This document shows, in pieces, positions 1-12,800 of a stretch of DNA of 64,000 nt. Position 1 is the first letter of the stretch; each line of letters begins with the position of its first letter. The notes under the pieces are model-generated. The model worked only from the letters and a program-made list of their open reading frames with translations, made no database searches and was not told where the DNA came from. Position numbers and translations under genes: made by a program. Source of the DNA: Owenia fusiformis (lineage: Eukaryota); assembly GCA_903813345.2 (NCBI GenBank), contig CAIIXF020000001.1, positions 45,942,001 to 46,006,000 on the forward strand. Reading direction: 5' to 3'.

Positions 1-113
1 TGATTGAAGAAGTTGTTCACTGGCATAAGAAGGTTCTATGCCGTTCTGTTCATGATATATATTGATACCAAAGAATCTGTCAATATGCATTTCAAAAGAC
101 TTTTAAATTGAAG

Positions 114-410
114 TCACTGGTCCCATCTGGTTATAAAGACATTTGCGTTGTTCATTCTCCAGTTAATTGGTTGCTTAAGTGAGGGAATTCTCACTTGTTT
201 GGTGGAGCTGTTGGGTATATTTGCTCTTGACTGACTAGCTTTTCAGAAACCAGATGAAACGGCTGAAATATGTGGATACAAATCAACGTCACGTGTTTGT
301 TGGAGAAAATGATGAAAATAAACATGATAAATAAGCTTCAATATTTTCCCCAACGGAAGTTCATCCATTTTGTTATAAAGACGTCTTTATAACCAGATGG
401 GGACCAGTGA
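114..410. repeat. Short inverted repeat, probable MITE remnant
   Basis: TCACTGGTCCCATCTGGTTATAAAGAC (114-140) pairs with GTCTTTATAACCAGATGGGGACCAGTGA (383-410). There is also a perfect 22-bp palindrome GTTATAAAGACGTCTTTATAAC at 372-393. Confidence 0.6.
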
Positions 411-1283
411 ATGTTTTATTGTTATCCAGCTTACCCACTCCTCTTTCTGACAGAGTTGATAAACATTTATTCGATGGCTTCACACATGGGAAGCTATTCG
501 TTCTGCCCTCTTCGTTAAACCGATCCTCTAATACGCCCAACTTGTCCTGACACACTTTTCGTTTCCATTCATTACCCAAACATTCATAGTAAACGCATTC
601 ATCAATTTCATTTGGTTTACCAGGGACTTCAGCTACTTTGTATCGGCCTTCGGATATCCTGCACCCTTAATTAAGGAAAACACACGATATGAAAGGCAGT
701 TTGAAAGGAAGTGTAAGAGGAAACATTCAATGAAAGATAAAACCCATATTGATTTGGACTATATTAATAGATCAATAATTAATAAATAAGGGTTATGTAC
801 TGGGAGGTTTTGGATATGGGGTTTATCCAGAGGGAGATATGCATATCTACCTGAGGGACCGTACATTCGTACTAGGCTTGATCAAAAAGTTCTTTATCCT
901 ATACCAAGTAGAGTTTTCAGGGGCATATGGCCATTTCAATAGTACAAGGTGTAAAAATAAACAAATCGTTCATATGCAAAGTCATTTTATTGCATTTCCA
1001 CTTTTATTGGGAAGCGGGAAGATATGCACCGAAGCGGGGGATATGGCGGGAGATATGGAGGTTCTGGATATGGAAACCTCAAAATCCGGATACGGGATAT
1101 ATCTTACCAACTTAATTATCTCCCTAAAACTCTACTTGGCATAGGATAAAAATGCATACGTACTAGGCTTGATCAAAAAGTTCTCATAATATCTTTCTAA
1201 TTTCTTTATTTTTCAATATATTCTGGCATTTTCAAAGAATATGCAGCAGAGAATGTCTTATTAATTCAGCAAAAATAGAATTT

Positions 1284-1677
1284 TTGAATAATATCAAACA
1301 ACGATGGGGAAAAGAACCATATTTGGATTTAATAAAGAACGCTGAACATAGGAAATCTATGACGCGATTAAGAATAAGTGCACACAATTTAGAAATAGAG
1401 CGAGGAAGATATATAAGACCAATAATTCCGAGAGATCAAAGAAAATGCAAATTATGTAAAATCAACACTGGTACGGAAACTCATTTTATTATTGAATGCC
1501 AAAAATTGGAAAAATGAATACTTTGATACGTTTAACTCAATTTGCCCAAATCTAACTGTATTGACTCCCGAAGAAAAGGCTTATTATATGTTTAATGCTG
1601 AGGGTAACATGTGTATCACCTTTGCAAAATACCTTTATGAAATAATTGAAAAGAGATCAACTATATTAACATTATAA
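1284..1677 (+). mobile_element. Non-LTR retrotransposon (LINE) ORF2 C-terminal fragment, frameshifted
   Basis: EPYL...RLRISAHNLEIERGRY...RKCKLC...ETHFIIEC is the C-terminal CCHC motif of RTEX/CR1-L2-like LINE ORF2. It continues in another frame at 1492-1677. Confidence 0.8.
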
Positions 1678-1719
1678 ATATATACATGTAGGCTAATAGT
1701 AGTGGTTGATATATATCTA

Positions 1720-2580
1720 ATTCTCCCTTTCGCGGTTCGCCCTTTGAATCAGAACGTTCGCAAATATGCACTGAAAAAGCACTCAAAAAGGACAAAATTT
1801 GATTGGTCAATATATTCCCATGATGCATTTCGCGTAGCTATTTGCGTGACCCGGAAGTTCTAAATCAAACTAATTACGCAATTTTGTTTTTACACCCGCA
1901 CGCTAAATAAAACAATGTCACCATCGGAAGTGTTCTTCTTTGTCATTGCTTCAATAGTCAGTATACCGAATTAAATCAATAAAAAATTGTACAATGAACA
2001 ACAAAATTCGGAAACGAGTACTATAGATTTGCTTTCGGACCACTGAACAGATTGACCTAGATAATAGCGACGCGTCTTCTTTGGTCTACTGCTCAGTTGT
2101 TTGTGGTTTTTCAACGTAACTCTATAATGTAATTTGAAGATGATTACTTTTATTCAGTTGTTGCATCGATGTTGCAGTTTGTAGTGCGGTAAGATTGGCA
2201 TGAAAGTATTGAAAGTCGAATGGAATTGTTTTTTCCAATATGGCGACTAGTCAACTGATCACGTGACCTTCTCTTCCGGAATATTTTCTCACTTTTCAAT
2301 CATCGTTTTCACCACGCCATGAATCAATACAATGAAAAAAATAGCTGTTATACTAAGATTAATAAGAGATCAATCGTTTCTCATAATTTTTTCTGTACTC
2401 TCGTACGGGAATATGAACGAATATATCGATTGAAAAATAGGTGTGAAAATCCCCATGTTAAACCTATGAGGGAAAACAAGGAAGTATAAATTTGTTCCTC
2501 CGCGAACTGCATCATGGGAAATATTTTGACCTTATAAGGAAAGATTTTTGCGTCTCCTCTTTTGAAGAGGGAACAACGAT
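1720..2580. mobile_element. Degenerate non-autonomous element with subterminal inverted repeats
   Basis: TTCCCATGATGCATTTCGCG (~1816-1835) pairs with CGCGAACTGCATCATGGGAA (2501-2520) at 19/20. Boundaries are approximate. Confidence 0.45.
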
Positions 2581-4045
2581 TTCAAGAATTATGATCAGTC
2601 AATTGCATTATATTGTCATTGTATGCCATGTAAAATTTTCATTTTATGTTATTGTAATTGTATGTATAGTTTTAGTTTTTATTTTATCATGTTTATTTGC
2701 TGTACATTTACCCGAAAGTGATTTTTAGTACAACAAAGCATTGAATAATATTAATTTTTACAGATATATTGAATAAGAAATGGTTGCCATAGTAACGGGA
2801 AATCAAGGCACCCGTGGCATATAAAAGAAATTGAGAGAATGGCTCTTATTATGCATGTTAACATAAATTACCAAAATGTCGACTTGAATAATATGTTATT
2901 AAGTGCTTTTACTATTAAAGAATTGATCAGAGGATTTATGATATCATAGGGGATGGTTTCATGCTTCATTAGATATGATACCAGAGTCTGAGACTCGAAA
3001 CTAATCATCAGAAATGACTGAGTAATAAGAGAATGTAATAGATACAGAGATCTTCTGAAATACTTATAAAATTCATAGTGATAAAAAGTTGCTAAGATAT
3101 CAACAAAATTACATCGTGTGTGTGGTCTGAACATATTAAAAATGAACAAAATGGGCAAAATCAATTTCCCTCGGATATTTGACAAAACAGTCATTGGGTC
3201 TAAAATTAACTTCTAGTGAAGCATAACAATCATCCATTATGAAATAACGCAATTCACATGTATGACCATCTATGTAATAGTTCAAAACAGTCAAGAACCC
3301 ATACTATTTGACAATTCAATGTGTTTGATAGCTTATTTGACAACTTATTATTTATTTAAACATGGTTAATGGGGGCTATTCTAATTAGTTTTTTATTTGC
3401 TCCGGATGCCTTTATGTCATGTTAATATGACAACCATTTCTTATCTAATATTTCTGTTATTCTAAATATGTTTTGCTGGATTAATAAAACATTCCATGCT
3501 GCACATTCTGTGAAATTTCATAAAAAAATACTGAAAAATAAAGAAATTAGAGCTTTATGATCAATCCTCGTATATATCACTTTCTGTTGAAAACCCATTT
3601 AAATTAGAAAATTTTAAAAGCAAAGTGTACGTACTTACCCTTGAAGTCAGGGTGAGGCTCAACCCTACCACGTTTAGGCACTTTTACACCTCTGTTCTCC
3701 GCTAAACAGATATGTCAAATTATCACATGTAAGTACATCAAATCAATTATAAAAATGTGGGGTTAACACAGATTTTTTCAAAATCAAGGTATTTCTCTTT
3801 GATTTAACCCACATTCTAGAAAAACTAGATGGATTGCTGTCAATTTATAACAATTGAATGCTCCTCGATGGACGGGAAACTGGATGAGCAGTTACGAAAC
3901 GACCACCATGCAAAATTACACCTACCTGCTCTTCGAACGAAAATACTTTACACACCTTTGGAAAGCTGTCGTAGTCATTATTGACAATTTAAAATTTCAC
4001 AGGATTGACTACCACCAAATAATTTGTAATAAAATTCATTTAATA

Positions 4046-4970
4046 AACAAGGCATAACATGCAAAATGTCAGCATTGCCATACGTAACAGACGCTGAATG
4101 CCGTTACAGACGCCGAAGCCGAACACCTGTACCTGCTAAAAATTGAGACTATACAGGGTGTCCACAAAAAAGTATACCCAACTTCAAATCCAAATCACTG
4201 GAATCCTAGGCAGTTTTCTTTTAAAATACAAAGGTGGTAGTAAAATGCCTGATTTATTCTCCATCAAATGGTACCAAGATCATAATGTAACTGTCATGTA
4301 TGACTGAGTAATCTTGACCATTATGAGAGGTGGTAAAATTAGCACTATGCCAAGTTACCTTCCTGTGTGGCAATTGATGTGTAATTGGCTAAGCATCTTT
4401 TTCTGTTACATTAAGTTAGAGGACAGGCCTTCCATACAGAACTGAACTTGGGACTGAGCAACTCTCTAATGAAAAAAAGTTTGGCCAAAAGCTTAACTTA
4501 CTCTAAAATAGGCCTGCAAAAATGGTTCAATTGATACCTGAGCAGTAGAGCCAACAAAAAGTTCTAGAAGGCAATATAGAACCCCTATTCTTACTATTGA
4601 AATGGTTTCTAGCAATACTGCCCCACATTATTATGCAAAAGTGTGAAGAACATAAAACAAGTGTCAATTTGAACATTAATAATGTTTTGAACACAAAAAA
4701 ATCATTCACTGTGTCATTCCTACTTGAATGCCAACTTGGCACAGTGCTGATTTTACCACCTTTCATAAAAGTCATGATTGCTCAGTCATCCATGACAGTT
4801 ACATAATGATCTAGGTACCATTGGATGGAAGACAAACTAGGCCTTTTACTGCTACCTTTGTATTTTTTTTAAAATCGCTCAGAATTCTAGAAACCTGGCA
4901 TTGAAGATGGGTATACTTTTTTTGTGGACGCCCTGCATAGCAATATGTCATCAATTCTAAGGTGACGGCA
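4046..4970 (-). mobile_element. Helentron/HINE-like short interspersed element, interrupted by the 4154-4935 MITE
   Basis: Reverse-complement similarity to copies at 32060-32210 and 34058-34200 (shared GGCATAACATGCAAAATGTCA and GAGACTATA..CAATATGTCA.C). Confidence 0.6.
4154..4935. mobile_element. Tc1/mariner-type MITE with ~200-bp TIRs
   Basis: TA|CAGGGTGTCCACAAAAAAGTATACCC ... GGGTATACTTTTTTTGTGGACGCCCTG. Arms at 4154-~4355 and ~4733-4935 are complementary. Confidence 0.85.
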
Positions 4971-6109
4971 TAAAATGACAAAATGCTTTTATATTCCGAC
5001 AACTAGTTTGGCAAAAATACATCATTTTTAGAGGTAGCCAAAATGATAAACGGTAGGGATCATATAGTTACCCCAATCGCCAAGACCTCCTGCATGTGCC
5101 ACAGCCCACATCCCAAACAGGACTATTACTGTATGCACCAACATCATCTAAAAACATAAGTGCAATGAATCCTGAGAAAGTTCCCTGAAATGTATTCCGA
5201 GCCTCATATTTGGCAGAAGCCGGTTGAGAAGAACATTTTAAAGATGTAAGTAATATCGGATTTATTTGTACTGATGCCCTACTAAGGTCAAACGTGCATC
5301 CAACAATAAAATATTACAATCACGATAAAAATAGTAATAAAGTAGAAGTAATAAAATAAAATAAAACTACATTCGTCACATTATGTGTAACGTTACTTTG
5401 ATATAGGGCCTAAGGATCTTATCTCTACCGATTATTAGATAAAGAATCATGTCTGCCATTTCTTTAAGACCCCCTCCCTCGTCAATAGAACAATAACTGT
5501 CTTTTGGTGGTAAGTCATGTTTTTTACATCGTTGCCTGGTTTCGATTTTTTAATGTGAGATTGTCTGATAACCTCTTATTGTTTACATTTGAATAAAAAA
5601 GTGTGTTTCATCTTCTACTACCGGATCCTTGCATGTTTGTAATTTGCATGTGTGAGTAATAATTGTATGTAACTCGAGAACTATTATATTCGAAATTCTC
5701 GTGGCTAGAAGATGGTTTTCAGATATAACCCCTGGGAATTTGTAGATGACTTATTTAATCGACCCAATATGGTGCAGGCTGAAAATTGACTTTTTGTAAA
5801 TCTTTTAAATTGAAAAAATCTAAATTGTTGAAGAATTTCTGATTAAAACAAATTCTGACAAGACTAGCCAGTTTACAAAGAGGAGCATATAGTTTACAAT
5901 TAAAACCTAGCTGAAAGTAGAAGTGCTCAGAAGAATTCATAAATAAATGTCAACGAGAAAAACAGCATCTCCACAGAGTAGCAAATCCCAACGAACAAAA
6001 CATATCTTGAAAATTTTTTCTTGAGCAGACCTCCTTTATCTCTAACTAAGCATCATTTTATTAACCGAGTCCATCCACTAGATAGTATTGGCATTTGAGT
6101 TATCAAACA

Positions 6110-6402
6110 TTGCCTTTTTTAACGAAAAATGGCGGCCATTTTTTTAACAGAGCCCCGTTGTCCCAAGGCATCGGCATATAAAATTTTAACCAAATCTGGT
6201 TGTTTGTATTTGAAATATCAAAGATTACGTTTTTATGAAAAATGGCGGCCATTTTGAAATTCAGCCACCATTTTGTAAATTCTTTCTTTAACAGCTTATT
6301 GTGTCTCTAGGCATCAGCATATGAAATTTGAACCAACTCCGTTCACTGGTATTTGAATTATTAAATATCATGTTTTTTACGAAAAATGGCGGCCATTTTT
6401 GA
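6110..6402. repeat. Tandem ~115-140-bp units with an AAAATGGCGGCCATTTT quasi-palindromic core
   Basis: The core recurs at ~6126, ~6239 and ~6383, together with GGCATC(G/A)GCATAT(A/G)AAATTT. Related cores occur at ~7317 and ~63782. Confidence 0.65.
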
Positions 6403-7658
6403 ATTTAGTGTTCACCTTGCAAATATCTTCTTCAGCAAAGTCTTTCTTTCTTGGTCTTTCTCTTTATTATTTTTCTCTTTGGTCTTCTTTGGAAGACGGA
6501 GTAATAAAAAATTGTGCTTTTACTTATGATTATCTGTTATATAAATACTATTTAAGCATAGTTTCTTATGCTACAACTTCTATGTGATAAACGTACAAAT
6601 GGGGAACTTACTTTTTTCATCTATTAAGAACAACTTTTTGTTCTTTCGTCTACCTTCAAATGAAAATTCTAAGAATTCCATTATTTACTTACCTTATTGA
6701 ATCTTCACAAGTTCTGGTTACTGAATGAAATTGTTGTAGCCAATGTATCTATTTACAGGAATTACTTGTTAATTATAGTGCATAATAAGAGAGATAAGCA
6801 TAACCATTAAAACTGACATAAATTGTATGCTCGATTCAATCCTGATTAAAGATAAGGTGTTAATACATTATGCTTAAATAACAATTTAGGTGCAGTATAT
6901 ACCTTTTATTAATGAACCATTTGCCATATAGATGAATATATAGATGGCAGCATGTGTGCTGGTAGGGCTAGATAATATCTAGTATCTAGTAGATATACGA
7001 TTTACAACATTGGAAAAACTGAATTTTTTAACTTCTTGAATATTTCATGAAAACCCGATTGACTAACAACTTGATGATATCGTAGATTAGTCTTTCTTCA
7101 CGACACTGGACCCCCATCCTTATCTACTTTAACATTGTAATGACAGAGCTGATATTAATTATTCATGCTAGATGTCCATCATCTATTTACATACAACACA
7201 TTGCCAAGGTTACTAAGGTTTGCCAAAACTTGTAGACATTTTGATAACCTATGGTTTAAGGTACCGGTGAAGTTATGACCAAAAATAGCTGACAACTTGA
7301 TTTTCCCATGGTAAACATGGCCGCCATTTTGAAACAAGGTGAGCTTTTGAGACGCCACCATGGAACAATTGACGACTTTAAGTAGACATATTTCAAAGGT
7401 GAATACCATGGAGGCTGGAAAATTAGCAACTAAAAGTGACATTCCGCACCAAACTAAGGGGGAGGATCATGTGACTAAGGTAAAGATGTCAATCAGTTGT
7501 ATGCTGAGTTTGAAGTGTTCATGCCTGTCTTCATCGTGGAAAGCCACGCCCTCTCCATCTCTATCCTTCTGGATGCAACAGAGAGAGATGCTATGAGTAT
7601 CAGAAAAGCCTGTCTCTACAAGTATACATTTTTACTTAGTTCTTTGTACAATATGTAT

Positions 7659-7819
7659 CAGGCCCATAGCAACGGGGGCTCGGGACCAAGTTCTTTTCAA
7701 AATCACATAGTTTTTCACCATTCCGAGTACTTTTCAAATGACTTTGGCCATTTTGGGCCAAAGTTATCAAAAGTGAACCCCCTGACCTCCCCCTTTAGCA
7801 AACCCTGGCTACGGGCTTG
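7659..7819. mobile_element. Short MITE of the CAGGCCCGTAGCCAG / CAGGGGCGGATC class
   Basis: CAGGCCCATAGC ... GGCTACGGGCTTG, flanked by TGTAT/TGTAA (4/5 match to a 5-bp TSD). Confidence 0.55.
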
Positions 7820-8609
7820 TGTAAATACACCTGTTTTGCATACGATGAAAAGATATTAACTTACAATGAGTGTTTGTTGGTGATTAACAGATGCGTTGGA
7901 CCACAGGTGTATGCGGACAATATTCATGCTTGATAAATTAGTGTGATATTAGAAATTATGAAATAAATTAGTATGTATGAGAATAACAACACAATTTGTG
8001 TTATCTATTGTAAATATTTATGCCTGTCTAAAAGGTTTTGCCAAGATAATATTTAAATTTAATGCTAAAACCACTGGGGGGGGGGGTATCGTGATGCAAA
8101 AGCACGGTGTTTTTGAATCAAGATGGATTGCCTTCCCGTGATAGATTTTCGAAAAATATTTTGTTTTCCCAATTAATTTAAACCCATTTCTTGGAAGAGT
8201 TTCTCAATAATCGTACACGTGCAGTTAGGGCACGATCTATAATTTTAAAAAATGGTCCTATTAATATCCATCTACATGGAACATCATCAAGAACCGATAA
8301 ATTCAAGGAGTTAGTTCCTCACTTTTGATGCAAAAACACCACTCTGTTTATTATCAATGATGCAAAAACACCAACGTTCTGATGCAAAAACGCCAATATA
8401 ATGTGTTATTGAATTACATTAGAAACATTCATGTTTACACGTGTAAGTGCAACATGAATGAAATGCGCGAGTTAGTGACATATTAATGTTGTATGATTAT
8501 TGCCCTTAGCATTCGTTCGACTACACTTCTTAGAAGAGAGCTTCGTCTTAGTCAATAACTAGACTCTGCGTCCAGGGTGAATCATTATAGCCTAGTCAGA
8601 TAATCACTG

Positions 8610-9045
8610 TTCCACAGCTGGATGACTCTAACTGCAGTTAGCGTCATTCAAGATGGTTGCCGAAATTCTTTCATTTTCGACAAACCTCCGATTTCAGCTG
8701 AATAAAGTTAAATCTTGATTCCAAAAGTTTCGCCATGCAAACGTACGAAGCTACGATTGTAAACAACCACAGATAAATGCTCTAACAACCGCGATATGGG
8801 TGGATTTTAGAGAAAACAGCGTCACTTAGAATGACTCTAACTGAAGCTGTCAGTGTCATCATCAACTTCAGTAAGAGTCATTCTAATTGAAGCCGTTTTA
8901 TTTCAATTCTCTAACATTGAGGCTGTCTGGGCATTTAATTGGTTTTTTTACAATCATAGTTTTTTTAGTTTGCATGGCGAAACTTTTGGAGTCAAGATTC
9001 AGCTTAGTTTAGCTGATATCGGAGGTTTGTCGAAAACGAAAGAAT
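8610..9045. mobile_element. Foldback (inverted-repeat) element
   Basis: TTCGACAAACCTCCGATTTCAGCT...CCAAAAGTTTCGCCATGCAAAC (~8676-8742) pairs with GTTTGCATGGCGAAACTTTTGGA...GGAGGTTTGTCGAA (~8968-9034). Inner hairpin at ~8827-8886. Confidence 0.7.
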
Positions 9046-9846
9046 GGTGTATGTTGGGCTTAATTGGGGAGCTCTTATAGCCGAATTGAAATCATGCTTA
9101 TTATTGTTGATCCAGTTTCCCCTTAATTTGAAGGGTCAATCAGCCACGAACATTTATATATAAAACTCCCCGTCTTTTCATCTAGTATCCATTTCTGATT
9201 GCTCGGGTTCTCTGAGCCATGATTGCCCAAAAGTTGTTGAATGATATTTATTGACTCAGATGACCAAGTGTACATTAATAGCATTTAAAAATCTGTTCCT
9301 TCGGAGATTAACGGTCTTCTGAAAGTATACGATTAATTAATCAATAGTCTATGAACGCCAAGATGCAAAATGTGGTGACTTAACTCTTTAAAAGTTGAGG
9401 AAATGAGGGACTTGTTCTCTCCAGGCTACAATATATTATTTGTATCATCAGGGAAAATTGCAGGTGCATGTTTCACATCTACACTACAAACAAAAGTTTG
9501 ATTTCACAGATGTTTCAGCAACACATTTGTTAACATTCAAATGAGCTTCCATATTGAAGATAGAGAATACAGATAAAAAGTATTGTTAATACATCCGTGG
9601 AAGCAGTTTATATTTGTCTTCAATCACGCCAGTAAAACGGTAGATTAGATTGTACTTATTACATCATGTTATTAATAAATAATGTCCATTATAAGTCGGG
9701 CCAGAATACAAATCTGGGGTATGGGTTGTGTTCCTTCCTTAATCCCAGACTTACTGCATACAGATTCATGAATACAGCTGACATGCTGCATTACTTTTCA
9801 CATAAATTATCATTGATTAAGAAATGATTCAAAAATAATCTGAGTA

Positions 9847-12800
9847 TTATTTACTCTTTTTCTTTGAGGTTTTAGTCTTTTTGGGGGGTTGTGCGTATTT
9901 GGCTTCTAACTGTGAGAAAAAGTCATCCATGCCTTGTTGTCTTGAATTTTGTTTACTTTGTATTAGGGCCTGAAGTGAGTCCATTCCATTGACCCCAAGT
10001 TCAGCAGCTGCTGCTTCAGCTTCTTTGGCCTCTTTAGTAGCCTGAAAAATAAAATACATGGAAATATAAAGTGATGTTGCACTTATATACAATTATCATA
10101 TCAAGTAGTAATATAGTGCAGGAAACATTTTTGTCAAATGTAACAAATGCCGGAACCGAAAATACAAAATTCTGGGATTCAAACGGTTGAAAACATGACT
10201 GGCACAATTCACTTCATACATGTAATCATTCAGTCCACTTAATTATGAACCCTGTTTAAGCCTCATCAAAGTTGTCAATAATAACTACCCAATAAAATAA
10301 AATAAATCAAAAGTTTAACAGAGAATCTAATTATTGTAGCCTCATCACCTTCTTTTTCCTCTGAGTCTGTGCAGTTTTCTTTTCCTTAGTAAATGCTTTA
10401 TAAGCTGGAATCTCCTTAGCTTGAATTAAATCTTTCAATATTTTCCTAAAGCGAGTTTCATCATCTACTGTGGCACACATCACACTGTCTAATATCATGT
10501 CCATATCTCCTTCATAGTCACAATAAGCAGCTTTCAGATCATCTTTTTCTTCATCAGATCCTATAATGAAAACAATTCAGTATTTAAGAGAGCATGTCTT
10601 TTGACATCAGAATATTAAGTCCAATTTGTTGAGCTAGTAGTTCAGCTAATCTGACACTGATTTGTTCAAACCTGGGATTTCTGCATTGTTTGTCCATTTG
10701 TGCACTTTTTGTTTAGTGAACACTTCAGCAGTCATTCTGATTTCAAAATACACTACCTTTATATTTTTCTTCAAATTCTTCTATGTCTTTGACAGAGACC
10801 TTAGAAAACATTAGTCTCCAGTAATCGTACCAGTCTCTGTCTTGGGGGACATCATTTTCGTCATCAATTTCACCTGGAAACCATTCACAAATTATAGTGG
10901 TTGAAAATTTGAATATACAAGGGAAGGAAAGAATGGATATAAAGGTACCTTTATTACTAGTATTGCACTTAAAGTCTCTGTCTTGGTGTTTTGGGGATGT
11001 CATTCTCATTATCAATTTCCAATGGAAACACAAGCAACTGGATGTTTATTGCTATACATGCTGCAAGAACCATTATTTTTAATTTGAATTTCCAGATGTT
11101 TGAAAATCAAGAATTGTTGAGCTCATGCTGTACCATTTTCCCATATTGTTTTGTCTTTCACTTTTTCATATTGTTTTGATACTGTTTTAACGAGGTCATA
11201 CTGACCTGTATATATTCCAGTGATGTTTATCAATAAACAGTTCAAATGGAAACAAGTGAAATTTTTAATCTTTATATTTCAAGTCAAGTTCTGTGATAAA
11301 ACTACATCTAAAATAGTAACAAGCACATCTGACCAACAATCAAGAAAATAAGTTCCAGAATATTTGATTGACAGCTCTATTTTTGCACCTTCCATATTTG
11401 GAAGTGAAATTGATGGCCTGTGTTATAATACCAAGGTCAACTGGTCACTCTATAAGACAATTAAAAAATGCAGCAAAACTCCTCGAGTCGAGGTCTCCAA
11501 GTCAAAAAAATGCCCGACCCTCTTATCTGTTGATTATCCTGTTTATAACTGATTCAAGAGCGTTGCACTGAACGAACCTATATGCCAATTTGTTATTTGT
11601 TTAGTTGTTGGTTGGGTAACATGTTTATGACGTCACAAATGATGCGAAGAATCTTTAAACCAATCAGTGAAGTCTATGTTAATTGTTTGTTTAGTTGTTG
11701 ATGCGGCAATACGTGTCTGACGTCACAGGTGATTGCATCATATTCCAGTCACGCCATTTTACGACATTGCATAATTTTAGCTGATTTTGGCTTCATTTCA
11801 CTTTATTTGAAAGACTTTTAAAAATATAATAATGAGTCAGTATTTTTTCTAATAAATATTAATATTTGAATTTGAGGTCAAAGTTCGCAAATTTGATCAA
11901 CTGATTGAAATCACATTTTAAAGAGGTGAAGAAGTGAATAATTACAGGAGCAAACGTGATCAATGGTTCGAGGTCTCCCGCAAAGTAGTCGCTACGCTCC
12001 TACTTCGCGCTGCCTTCGGCAGAGGAGACCTCGAAAAAACAGAATTTTTACTAAAATTGATTGATTGTATGTTCATATTTCTCAGGTAAAACATATCTAT
12101 AGAGAAATTGACCTTTCAAATCATTTTAAGCTATCTAATATCAATTTACTTGAGAGGATTTTTCATAATCATTTTTAAGTGAAAGGGTGTTTTAGCAGTA
12201 TTTTACAGGCCTGTTTTGTTAAAGAATTTTGAATAACAAATTCACAATCTTCACAAGTTCAGGGTTTCATTCTAATTTTAGTTTCACAAAAAGGAGTCTA
12301 ATGGATCAAGTAGATTTGTAGAGGAGGTGGCATAATTTGGAAGATGGAATATGAGGAGGAAATAGAGTTCAAGGATAGAATGTTAAATATTGAAAAGTGT
12401 AAAAAGATAAATATTGAGGATTGGATCCAATCTGAGGGATGCCGATGTGATGTCGATAGAGAATAAGATGGTGGGAATGATGGTTGGGGGGGGGGGGGGG
12501 GCGAGAACTACATATAGGTAGGGATAAAAGGAAGACTAAGTACATGACATCAAGGGATCCTATAATTTTTGTAAGAAAATAAAATTATAATGAAAAATCT
12601 CATAGTATGGTAAACCAAGTATGCCAGGCCTTGTATGAATCTTTTTTATTTCTCTGCTCAAACTTACATAAAGTAAAGATTTAATACTAGACATGGCAAT
12701 AAATATTATTCAGATATCTTTGCAACATTAACATCCTGGTATCTGTTTGTTATGAATTGAATCTAAATAAATCAATAAAAAAGTCACAATGATGATGAAA

